A stretch of DNA of 64,000 nt from Marsupella aquatica (taxonomy: Eukaryota > Plantae > Marchantiophyta): assembly GCA_973895155.1 (NCBI GenBank), contig OZ316892.1, positions 10,148,283 through 10,212,282 of the forward strand, read 5' to 3'. A program made the position numbers and the translations under genes. Positions within the stretch are counted from its first letter, which is position 1. The number at the start of each line of letters is the position of its first letter. The notes under the pieces are model-generated. The model was given only the letters and a program-made list of their open reading frames with translations, made no database searches and was not told where the DNA came from. Below, piece after piece: positions 14,939 to 26,600 of the stretch.

Positions 14939-16499
14939 GGTAGGACGATCAATTCTCTTCCGTCGTCAATTCTCCTCCTTCGCCAACCCGTGAGCAAATT
15001 CCACTACGAGCCAACTTAATTCTTCTTATTTCTCCTCATTCGCGAGTGCGTCGTCAAATTACAGCATAAGCAGCCATTCTAACGTCCGCAGGCATACACA
15101 CACACACACTTGCTGCCTACCAAACGCTTCTAGGGAGGACATTGAAATTAAGCCCGATGTGAGGCGGCACCGGCTTCCGATGGAAAAAGCTTCTATGTGT
15201 CTGCGTTACTCCTGACTACTCTAGGAAGCCATCCGAAATTTATTTCTGATGCACTGCTAGAGAGCATCAGTCCATCAATTCAACGAATATGCAAACCCGA
15301 CAACTTTCGCAGCTCCTGCGCGCTTTCGGAATCGGTACTGGTCCCACCTCAAGTCACCGTGTGTCATGACAAGCCGTGTGTCATGACGAAGACCAAAAGC
15401 TCTGCATTCAAAAGCAAGTCATCGAGGCTGAGTACATTGTCTATCTTTAGCGACTATCCGAATGAACATTGACCAAAACAGAGCTTTATTGAGTGCAGAA
15501 GCAAGGCATCGGATAAGTTACTGTAGAGTACAGTCTCCATCTTTCTCGCCTCTCGAGTATGCGAGTGAGAAATGACCAAAGCTCTGCATTGAAAAGCACG
15601 CATCGGAGAAATCGAGTACCTGCGCCTCATCAGTGAAGCTAAAATAGGGAGGAGGTCATTCGTCCATATCTTGAGAAGATGTCTGTCATGTCAAGAGTGA
15701 CAACACCTGGGATGGCGATGGCTGCTTCGTCATCGATGGCTGTACCTTTTGGAGAAATTTAATTTGCGGAAAGGATGAGGTCGGGCCGTCGGCCATATCT
15801 ATCCATTCCGCTGTCTGTCTGTCTGTCTGTCTGTCTGCACGGAGCTCATGCGCCTGTGGGTCACGAATTGCAGTGTACTTCAACGGCATTGACATGACTT
15901 TTGCGCTGCTACACCATTTTTTTCACCATCAATTTTAAAGTAGAGTGGCTGGAAATAAAAGCCCCATAGACTGAACCCTGTATATAGGTACATAGGTACA
16001 TAGGTACAGGAGGTGCATTCGGTGGACTAGCCTGAGTACCCCTTCCTTTTGTGGACTAGTCTCAATACCCACCCCTTCCTTGAATTGTAAATAGAGATAA
16101 TTAAACAAATCTTGCAAAAAACACTATGCTATTTTGTATTCTGGCCATTTGAATGGATTTAGTTTGGTTTTTTAGAGAGAGGGGGGGGGGGGGGGGGGGA
16201 ATACTGTGCTATGGCTCATTCATCTTTGCCCTCATGTTTTTTTCTAACCTCACTGTCAGTTTTTATCCTTGTTGACACATCAGTGATTTGTTCTAACCTC
16301 ACTGTCATTTTTTATCCTTATTTAGTGTTGGGTCAGTTTTGTCCTTATTTAGAGTTGTGGTCTATATAGGCTTCACTCTAGTCCATAGCCCTGGAAAGTA
16401 ACTCTGCACTTTATTAGTAAGATTACACTTTATTAGTAAGATTAGTGCAGGCTAACTGTGTATCCCCTAATATTACAAGGATTTTTTCAAACACTTCTT

Positions 16500-16940
16500 A
16501 TTAAGGAGTCCCCCAAACTATCCAATATTACTAACATGCCCCCAAATAAAATGAATCCCCATTTTGGTTAGTATTGATCCCCATTTTGCATTTGGGTTAG
16601 TATTAACTTTTACAGTGGTTTAATAACCTATCCCCCCATCTTGTCTCCCCCCTAATAAAACACTATCCCCCAACTTGTCTGCCCCCCTATTTTATATTTG
16701 GGTTATTATTAACCTGTATATATACAAGTTCCTGTTGCCATGGCCATGTGACAAGTTGCTACTAGATAGCATGAATGCACTCCAACCCCCCTAGCCCCCT
16801 TTCCTCAGCCTCACATGGCAACTGGAACCCATATATGAATTAATACTAACCCAAATGTGAAATGGGGGACAGGTTGATAATTAATTTTATTTAGGGGGCA
16901 CATTAATAATATTAGGTAATGTGGTAGACACGTAGTAAAA
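16500..16940. mobile_element. Fold-back / long-TIR (Mutator-like) non-autonomous element remnant
   Basis: CCAATATTACTAACATGCCCCCAAATAAAAT (16522) is inverted relative to ATTTTATTTAGGGGGCACATTAATAATATTAGG (ends 16916). Repeated ATTTGGGTTAGTATTAA units occur in both orientations. Confidence 0.6.
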
Positions 16941-17330
16941 AGCTAGTAAAAGCTGTTAACTTTAGCATTACCATATGACAAGTTGCTACTGGCTAGCCTT
17001 AATCCAATTGACCCCCCTCACCCCACTTCCCCTTCCCCGTTGCAAGGTACAGTCCAAGGTCCCGGAGGGGCAAAAACACGTCACTCTCCTCACAGCAGTT
17101 GGACTATTCACAGCGGACTATTCAGGGATCCCAAACATGTAAAACTCTGCTGTCCTTGCCTGTCCATATCCCTTTGTGAGATTCCGCTCACCCGTCCAAT
17201 TTTGTTTGCATTATCAGCATCTAATCCTATTCACGTGGCTTTTCTGAGCCACTTTGACAAGCTCCGAGAAATACCTGAATGAATTTCTAACAAACTTGGT
17301 TCTCGAATGTGTAGTGCCGCCAATAACGAA

Positions 17331-17385
17331 GAGAAGAGAAGAGAAGAGAAGAGAAGAGAAGAGAAGAGAAGAGAAGAGAAGAGAA
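17331..17385. repeat. (GAGAA)11 microsatellite downstream of the RDM4 stop (likely 3' UTR)
   Basis: Read directly from the sequence. Confidence 0.95.
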
Positions 17386-17572
17386 GCGATTAAGTCCTCT
17401 TTACTGATTGGAAGCATCTCCTTCATTGGTTTTTCAACCGTGTTGAAGTAATGGCCAGTGTTCTATCTTCAGTGCGAACATTCTATCCCAGCATTCTGTG
17501 CAACGGTTTGCTGATCATACGTCAAGCTTTGCGGAGCAGTTAAAAGAGAATTTCGATATGAAAAACTGTTGA

Positions 17573-20500
17573 TCACCTCCGTGGTTTCCATATGTCCTTT
17601 TCTTCATCAGAGAGTACTGTATCGTACTCCTCATTGTCTATACTAAAAGGTTCTACTTCATACGAGGAGTCGCTGTTACTGTCTCCATCAGCAGCAAACT
17701 CTTCGTCTTCTTCTTCAGGATAGTCATTATTTGGATTGTTCTCATCTGGTCAACGTCAATACATTAGATGGCATTCGATTTCCCTCGCCCGCTTAGAAAG
17801 TTTACATTTAGAACAACTAAGTCGGTGGATCCTTTTTCTGCAACCCTTTAATCAAAATTTTCATTTTGCATACTGGGAAAATGGGATCTTGCTGAAGATG
17901 TCCAATCAAATGACCAATAACGCAAGAATATAGTAAGCAGAGTCTGACCATTAGAATCTTCACTGTCATAATCTGGATCCCTCCCTTCCTGCCAATTTTG
18001 GTTGTCATCACCCATTATCTGTATTCTGCATACAAGTATCATAAAAGCTAATTATTCTCGGAGTCAGGTGAGCAACCACGAGCTTCAATCCTCTGAAGGG
18101 TTTCCATTGCTCGATGAGAAGACCAGCTTGACCAACGCTGAGAATAGATCGGATGGGGCATCGTCCCACATTGCTGGGACTTTACCATTTTTTGGATTGA
18201 AAAAGGAAAGATATCTAATCGTAAGAACATTCCAAGCTCTATAGGTCTATCTTGATCCAAGTACGTGATAATAAACCCTCTTCGTTTCCTGATTAGGCCA
18301 TTGAAAAGTTGCCATGATGACAAAGCCTAACCTGGGTAACATTATCTCAGTCTCATACCGTATAAAACAACAAAAGCCCCACTCCAAATCCCTGACAATA
18401 TTAAACACCAAGTCAAGGTCTGATTTCAGTTCATATCAACCATTTCAAAGGTGCAAGGAAAGTGGGGCGACTTACGTGGGATAATTGGTTTCACCCTGTT
18501 TGCTGTCCACCATCTCGTCATCCAATGTATACACATCATAGACGTAATCGTCTGCAAGAATCCAAAGTGTCATATTTTCTGCTTGCAAACAATGCAGACA
18601 ACTCCCTCAGCTATCAATTAAAATTTGAATCTTTTCTCATGACCAAGAACAACATCAGCACGATGACAGAAACAGAGCTTAAAAGTGCTTGGCCTGGCGA
18701 CACGATTGACAAGCCCCAGGTCCCCGGCAAAGGAGCTAGAAGAGTGAGGTCATACTTGAACTTGGGGACGCCTCTTCTCCATCATCTCTCTGAGAAGGGT
18801 GAGATGCAACAGCCTCTATCTCAGCGGCAACATCTGGTAGGACCTCTCTCAATAGCGGCAGATAATTGCACAGCAATTGGCCCTCTCTCAATTCTGCGTC
18901 TCTGCCACGCATCCTCATTACACATTATTTGAGTTGTTTGAAACAGTCTTGTAAAGGATTGATGGTCGAAGAATTATGAGAGCAAATTGCAATTCCCACT
19001 TGCAGCAAGTCTAAATATTTCCAGAAGAAAAACAATCAAATAGAGTCGCAAAAAGGGCACTGGGGTACAAGAAAAAGAGCAGTTTTCGCTTACGGTCTTC
19101 ATTTAAAACTCCCCTAATACAAGCAAGGAACCGATTTCTGACCTCTTTGCTTGCTTCCGTCTATCTCTATTTGCTGCACTTTCTGTGTCTACGTCAACAT
19201 GCACTACATCATATAGATGAAAGAGCTCTTGCATGGGATCTTCGTCCTCTTCTTTCCTTCCGTCTCTCCTTCGACTTCGCCATACTTGCTCGAAACGGGC
19301 AGTTCTCGCATGCACCTAAGACAAGGGAAACATATAAATACTAAGGCCCCATTACATAGAAAATCTCTATTTACACTATCTGAGAACCGACAAGATGTCC
19401 TGTTGATCACTGTAGAGCTCTGAGTCAGGGAGCACGTGACTTGATACACTGAGAAGGGACTGCCCGATGTAGAACACGATTTGCAAAGCGCAAATGCTGA
19501 CTCCATAACCCTTAACCCTAAACTGTTGTACGGCTGGCAGAGCTCCAAATTTTCGAACCCCGTTAATACAAAGGAAAGACCGCTGTGTCATACAAAGTGA
19601 AGACACAAGGCAGGACATCAGGCTTGGCTAACGTGAAGACAACAAGCTTTCTATATCCATCCGTAGACACTGCAGAGGAGAATAATGAAAAGAAAGAGCG
19701 GTAACATGGAAAGGCCACGATAGCCCAAAGCAATAGCAACTGGATCACCCAATACAATTTACGTACTCTCACCTCATGGTGCTCCTTAGCAGCAGCCAAA
19801 AGTTGCACTTGCTTTTCCTGTGAGTATACAGACCGTTGAACAATTCTCACCAGTATATTCAGACATACAGTAATTAATCCCTTGGTGAGTATTGAAGTTA
19901 AACTAACAATAAGGAAATAAGAACCAACTAAGCGACTCAAAACCCAGTGCTAAATTGAACCAGATTATTTTCGATTCAAATAGCAACAACAGACACAATG
20001 TACGTACCTTAGTGTTTCTTGTTTGCCTTGGTTCTTGCTTTGCACGTGACCTTTTCTTATCTTTTACTTTCTGTTGCGCGTCGTCAAACATGGACACAGT
20101 TTAGAGGAGTCATGGTGACATAAGGGAATACTCTGTTCAGTTTTAAGATCTGTATCTCGTCCAAAGCATCGCACAATCTCAAGTCTCTCAACACGCTTTT
20201 GCCAATTTATGGACCAAACAAAACTTTTCAACTGTGGAGAAGGCGATATTACCAGAAGGAAGTCAGGAAGCGAGAGCTCTTTGACTGCGGACGGACTCAA
20301 GGTGTCCACCCGTCTAAAGAGCAACTTCGAAGATGCTCCTGCTGCATTTCAGATGTATTTGCAGTGGCAGTACATTAGTAAACTTGTAATGCAGAAAGGT
20401 GTGCGACACATCTGCAAACCATCTCCACACAGGCTAGTCACTTTAAGATTAACCGATTAACCAGCTCTTATTGGAAACTAATGGGAATGAAGTTAACACA

Positions 20501-21127
20501 AGCAGATATAGCATCTAATGAGAAAACACCAAGCTGTAGCGCATCTCACGAGATAAAGGCTTGTCCTACTTCTGAGCATCTACCGAGAATTCCATCATCA
20601 AATGAAGTACTCAAGTGACGAAGCCCAATCACGCACAAGCAGAAAAACGGTACATGAACCAGAACCATCGAATAGAAGATCAAAATGTATTTTCTGACTT
20701 TAAATGGCAAGACTATCGATGACAGACATTAACTACCTTCTGGACTTTTCGCAGTTGCATCACCCAGAGACAACTCAGCAAGATTTGGTTCATGTCGCTT
20801 TATGGGCCTGGACGTCACTTCCAACCCTGCTCATACCATGATAAGCTATAAATCACCCGAATCATTTCTGGAACACCCTGGTTCACAATTCACAGTGAAT
20901 CTAGAAGTCCCGCCTTGGGAACCTTCATCAAGGAAATCAAGCTTATTCTCAACATAGGCGGGGACCCATTGGATTGATGCAGCTTGTTGTAGTCAATCGA
21001 GGAAAGGATAAGTGAAAAAGCCGCTTGAATCCGCGTGCAGGGCAAACTCACAAAGGGAGTCAAATGGTACGTCATTGCGCTTTCTCTTTACTCGCAAAAC
21101 CGTTTCCTTTCCTGTTCCCTGTCCCAT
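17573..21127 (-). CDS. RDM4: RNA-directed DNA methylation 4 / IWR1-family RNA polymerase-associated factor, multi-exon
   Basis: Exon 1 MGQGTGKETVLRVKRKRNDVPFDSL splices to WLEVTSRPIKR. Later exons give ARFEQVWRSR, ELFHLYDVVHVD, LLCNYLPLLREVLPDVAAEIE, the Iwr1 motif DYDSEDSN...ENNPNNDYPEEE and an acidic tail ending WKPRR* (TGA 17575-17573). Confidence 0.88.
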
Positions 21128-22178
21128 CGCCGACTGAACTTCGGCTTGGCTCTGAAGCACCACGCATAGCAAACAAACATACAGACATTTCCTTGTAAGA
21201 TGTTAAGCTAAAGCAAGAAGGCTCACGAGAAACCCTAATTCTAGGTGTAGTGTTTAAAAGCAAACAGAAAAATGGAAATCCCATTCAGGAAGGATTGCAG
21301 GACACCCAGGAAGGAGGCTAATGAACGTTACAGAGAGATTGATCATGTGAATTCGGAACAGGCAAGAATTAATAGACACGTTTAGGGGAATACTACAAAT
21401 CAAATGCTAATCCCTTACCTGCATTGAAATCGGCAACAAGCAGAACCTACAGGATTCGATACAATCACTTCTTAAGGTCCGTTCCAGCGAGCCTTTGGAG
21501 GAAACTAGTGACAATTTCAATTATTGACCACTGCCAGAGGAATTACATTCCATTAAAGGAAAGGTTCCAGACTCTCATTCCCAAATGAATGGTAATCGAT
21601 CAAACAAAAAAAATGTAGCCGAGACATTTTTTGTTATAAAGCTACAGCTCTTCCTGTCCCACCACCTCTGAAACTGCACACCCTGTCCTGTCCATCCTCA
21701 CTCTCAACTCATCTCTCCCTCCCATCCAACTGATCCCAATTTACTACGAGTCGCTTCCTTTCCTCTTCATTCATCTGTCCCTTCATTCTCCTCTTTCTAC
21801 TCAAATTTAATCTGTATCGTTGAACTGAGATTCGCCACAACGCATCGCCAGCTTGACCTTCGTGCTCACAAGTTCGATAGCTCGGAACTCCAACCACCTC
21901 ACACTAGCGTAATCTTTAAGGTGGGCTAACGCTAGAAATATTCTTTGCCTTCGTTATTTTATGATGGTCAGAGTGTCAGACCCTCACTAGACTCAAGGAT
22001 GACCGTTAGATTCTGGATAATGGGGGCTGTAGCTATTTATGATGGTCAGATCTCCCTAGATTCAAGGAGGACCTTTAGATTCAGGCTAATGGCTAGGTGG
22101 GAAACAAGCTAATGGGAAATAGAAATCAAGCTAATTTTAGCTAAAGTGGTGAACACTTTATGGAGAGGTGGAATCCAG

Positions 22179-22370
22179 CAATTTCCAGGTTGCTTTCTCG
22201 CACTCCACCAGCTCTCGCCTTGAATCGCCTTCTCTCTAGGACATTTCTTTCTTCCGAGTACATTATAACATACAATTTCCAGGTTGCTTTCTCGCACTCC
22301 ACCAGCTCTCGCCTTGAATCGCCTTCTCTCTAGGACATTTCTTTCTTCCAAGTACATTATAACATACAAT
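22179..22370. repeat. Near-perfect 94-bp tandem duplication
   Basis: CAATTTCCAGGTTGCTTTCTCGCACTCC...CATTATAACATA starts at 22179 and again at 22273; one mismatch seen. Confidence 0.95.
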
Positions 22371-23263
22371 GTATAAGGGCATTATGTACTTAAACAGCCA
22401 GTAACCATATAAAAGGGGGAAGAGTTCAAGACTTCTCTCTTTTTCCCTTTCCCCTCACTTCTCTCCTCTACCCTGCCAAGTTGCTCCACAATTTCAGGAA
22501 AAGAGTACTATTAATGGTGAAATCTGGTGTATCCAGGTTTTGTCATGGCCACTGTCCCCCAAAGCCATGGGAGGACAAATCAGAAATAGTCAAGGGACAG
22601 TGGTGATTTAACTAAGTTTAAGCCAGCCATGTAGTTCCCTAATATGCATAAATTTCATTAGTAAATGCACCAATATTTGCACTCTGCTTATGTGCAGGTT
22701 GACCCTCACTATACAGTAAATACTGGCATTTTGGTCAATAAGTATACACATGCATTTCTCAGTCACTGCAATGCACACATAAGTGCAGCATAAAGTGAAA
22801 TAAAGTAGTGTCATGCACTGATCCAGTTAAATTGGCAGTATGAGAACTCAGGGTATGAGGGGTTCCATGAGTGCAACCTGACAACACATATGAGAAAGTG
22901 CACAAGAAATTTCCCATGGTTTTATTGGGTAGTGCATCCATGCACATATGGAGAAGAGAATGAATGATATCCTGTCCACTTCTAGCATAGTGCACACTGT
23001 GGATAAGTGCAGGCTTTGGGCGTCTTCCTGGGAACCTCCACATAGAGACGGTAGACTATAAATCAAATACAGTACAAAACTCGCTTTTGACACTAGAGGT
23101 GCACTAAAGTAGTTGAAACCTGAATGATGAGTCAACCAGCATTTCCATTCAGACAAGCATCTCCATTCACAGTTAAGGGTGAGTTTCTTTTTGACATTGA
23201 CATCCACTTGTAGGTGTTCAATACCTAGGTGCAATTGTGTTTGGTTCTCCATGCGGTGCTTTC

Positions 23264-23612
23264 TGTTAGGATTTACTCTTAGGTCTAGAGTTACGACTGT
23301 ACCGTAGTTAAGGCTAACCTTAGTCGCAGACTTGGTTAGGTTAGTCATGTTGTGCACACTCTATGACCAAGCGGTGTTCGCTTGGAGAGTGGGAACTCAG
23401 GCTCATTGTTATGGAGCTAGTTGAGAGATAGGGAGAGCTTGCGCTATGGATGCTTGGTATGGTCGGTCAGCCTAGAGTGCAGTAAAGCTCGTGTGTGTAC
23501 ATTCCCGTGGACGTAGCCTCATGTGGAGGTGAACCATGTATCTCTCTGTGTCGACTCTTGTGCGTTGGATGGTTCATGGGCTTGCTGTTGCGATTTTTGT
23601 CTATACTCAACA
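23264..23612 (+). mobile_element. Solo LTR (probably Ty1/copia), 349 bp, TSD CTTTC
   Basis: Begins TGTTAGG and ends CTCAACA, flanked on both sides by CTTTC. Contains CCCGTGGACGTAGCC...GTGAACCA-GTA. Homologous to 49232-49650. Confidence 0.9.
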
Positions 23613-26600
23613 CTTTCCCCTATGGAGGAAATAACTCGATCACCTAGTTTATTCTGGGTTAAAGAACTTATTGGCACATTTCAAGTTCACTCATTCTTAG
23701 CATGTGATTGTCCTGGTCATAGTATTTATAATCCTCTCCATTTATTTATGTATTCCAGTCAGCACATTAGACAGAAACCACTGAACAAATGGAGCTAATA
23801 ATTTTGGGCCATAAATCACATGCAAGAGAAATGGAGAAAATGAAAAAGGGCCCAAGTTTTTGAGAGCATTTTTTGATCAAGTGTCACAGTCATGGCAAAC
23901 ATGCACCCACAATCAATCAGTGCCCCACATGCATGACATGCTCAATACTTGATTAATTTTAGTCGTGAAGATGAATTTTCTCCTTAGCCCAAGTAAAAAA
24001 AACTTCATGGGTATTGCCATGTTTTGGCTGCCTCAGGCTCCTCCGCCTCATAGCTCTTCAAATCATCGTTGTCATTCTAGTCTCTCCCCTCCCGGTCTAG
24101 TTGGGTCAGGTGTTGTATAATGGTAGTCCTTTGGCGAGGGTCGATGATAGATAATAGTTTCATCTTGATGGAGTGGCATATTGGTTTCCAATTGTATCTA
24201 CATGAGTTTTCCTTTCCCACTGATTGGCTTGGGTTTCTGGTCATAGACTAGATTGGGTGATGTGCCTATTCCTCTCTCCATCATGCTGGTTCGGCTCTCT
24301 GGCTGGAGTAATTCTATTCTCTATGGTGTCTGGCTGCTGCCCTCCCCGGCCAATGGATCACAGTTGCATCATTCTCACTCTGCTCCGTTCTGGGCCCCCT
24401 CTTCTGGACCTCCGGTTACCCACTCTCACATTGGGTATTGGCTCCCTCCTTCCTTCTCCAGCATATTTCTACCCCCAAACGGCGTCGCCTCTCCACCTGG
24501 TCCCCATGTTATCAGCACTCTGCTGCTCGGCAGCTTCAGTTCTCCTATTAAATTGGAGTCCTTGGGATTGCCTTCCAAAAGTAATGGTTCTTAACAATTC
24601 AGAGGAACGCGTGTTGGTCCAGGGATAGAGGGATTGGTATTTCCTAGTCGCCTATACTTATTGGTGAGTAGGGATCGACTGTGGGTATTTTCTCATCTGA
24701 TGGGTCCGTATCATCGCATCATTGGTGATTGGCGGGTGATTGGGCTAGTTCCTCTGTCATATGTTTTGGCCCAACCCATTTTCCCAGATCTGATACATTG
24801 GTCACCAGGAGTATGATATAACCAGCATCGGTGGCTCTTGGTGCAATGTTAGCCGTTTGGGTGCTCCTGCCTATGGATCATTTTTGATGAGTTGGCCTGA
24901 ATGGGTTTTGAGGGCGGTGGTGGGGGCGTATCGACGGTTATATTGCCAGGGTATTACAGCCGGTGGTGGGGGGAATTGGCATATTCCCTGTTCTGATTCA
25001 TGCTAGTCTCCCAGGTTAGGTTGGCTGGGATTAGGCGGGGGATTAGGTTACTTCGGTTCTCTCTTGCTGCTTTGGTCCATCAGATAGTAGTAGTCATAGG
25101 TTTCTCTCCTGGGGCCTCCCTTCCTCTCTCTGATGTGCCCGGTCTCTTTGGCCATCTGGTTGGGTTTTGCTCTTAATGATTCACTTGTCTTGGTGTGCTC
25201 CTCCTTCTAGTCACCCTTTTTTTTCCTTTTCTCTCTGGCCTGTCTCCTCCTATCAGATGGGTATTGTGGTCCCTTTTGCCCCGGATTTTGCCCCATAAAT
25301 AAAGTTGCTGGCCCCCTGGGCCTTTGAAAAAAAAAGTTCTGATAGAGGGGCTTCCCACTAAAGAACAAGAGAACTACTTGGGTATAAGTAATTGGTACAT
25401 TATAATGTGTGAAGTATATCTTGACTATTGACAGGTCTATTTCCATGTGTGGCCTACAAATTGGATCAGATTTGGTGGTTAAAATGTTGAGCTTGTTGGC
25501 AATCATGTGTTAAGCTGCCTAACTGTGAATCTGATGCAGTGTAAGTGATGAATCAAGGGAGTGGGTGAACTGTACGAGAGGGCAGAGCTGAGATACCAAC
25601 CTAGAGGGCTAACGGTGGAAATTCTAATTCTACTGTATGGATGAACTGATTGGATGGATGTTGTGATTTTCTAGGTGGGAAGGATAACCATATTGGTTCT
25701 GAGGGAGATATGACAGAGGGATGGGGAGGAAGGAGGAGAAGGAGAAGATCATTTGCTCCTCCCAGCTGCAAGAACAACCCATTTTGAAGATTTCACTGTC
25801 TAAGTTTTTACCATAATCTGAGAGGGGGTGTAAATTGGATATACAAATTTTAAACACTCTTATATCCAATCCCGCCCATTCTGGGCTATTGGTTGTGATG
25901 GAAATGTCATCTGGGCAGGAGGAAACATGGCCGGTTGAAAAATGTAGTTTGGTCACTATTTCAGCCAAAAGCACCTCCCTCGTCATCTCTCCGCAAAGTT
26001 TCGCCACCTCCCGAAAAAATCCTCCACGTTGCCATGCCTTGGCTTTCTCTCTGCACCCCACCTTACCATTTGTGCCTCACTATCCATGCTTTGCCCTAGC
26101 TAATTGTACAACACACTGACATTTGGGCCCCTGTTGACATAAAATGATATACAACCAATATTGGAATGGACATATCAAGAGTTTCAATATAAAATGGAAA
26201 TAGAGCTCCATATGGACCCCCATGCTTGCCAATATGCTTGGATCAGAATTTTGCAACCTGGATGGACTACAACAAAGTAACCCCTGTTTTCTGCTAGTGT
26301 CCTACATATTACACCCATGAGTGAAACGTCGCAAGAATATGTGACAGTTCGGCAGAGACCAACGAAGAAGGGAAGATCCATTATTCTCTTCTTCGTTTCA
26401 ATGCACTTTTTATCAGCCACCAGAAAGTGGCCAGATCCACAACGGGCCACAAGCTTTTTCATGTTTTTTCATTTTTCAAATCAGTCAAGAAGTACTGTAC
26501 TTCAATCAATCAAGAGAGTAACCAAACTCACAAGGGGCCACAAGCTTTTCTTCTTTTGTAATCGGTCAAGAATTTAATGCAAGACCCAAAAGAGCGCTTT

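Noticed and set aside
16181-16199. Poly-G tract as a functional G-quadruplex
   Set aside because: A simple homopolymer in TE-rich intergenic DNA; no functional evidence and the length may be unreliable.
21072-21170. Overlapping uORF MRGASEPSRSS... over the RDM4 start
   Set aside because: Its ATG lies upstream of a likely acceptor (CTTCAG) of a 5' UTR intron, so it is probably intronic.
22848-23357. 169-aa minus-strand ORF
   Set aside because: Crosses the solo-LTR boundary, has a non-ATG start and shows no recognisable motifs.
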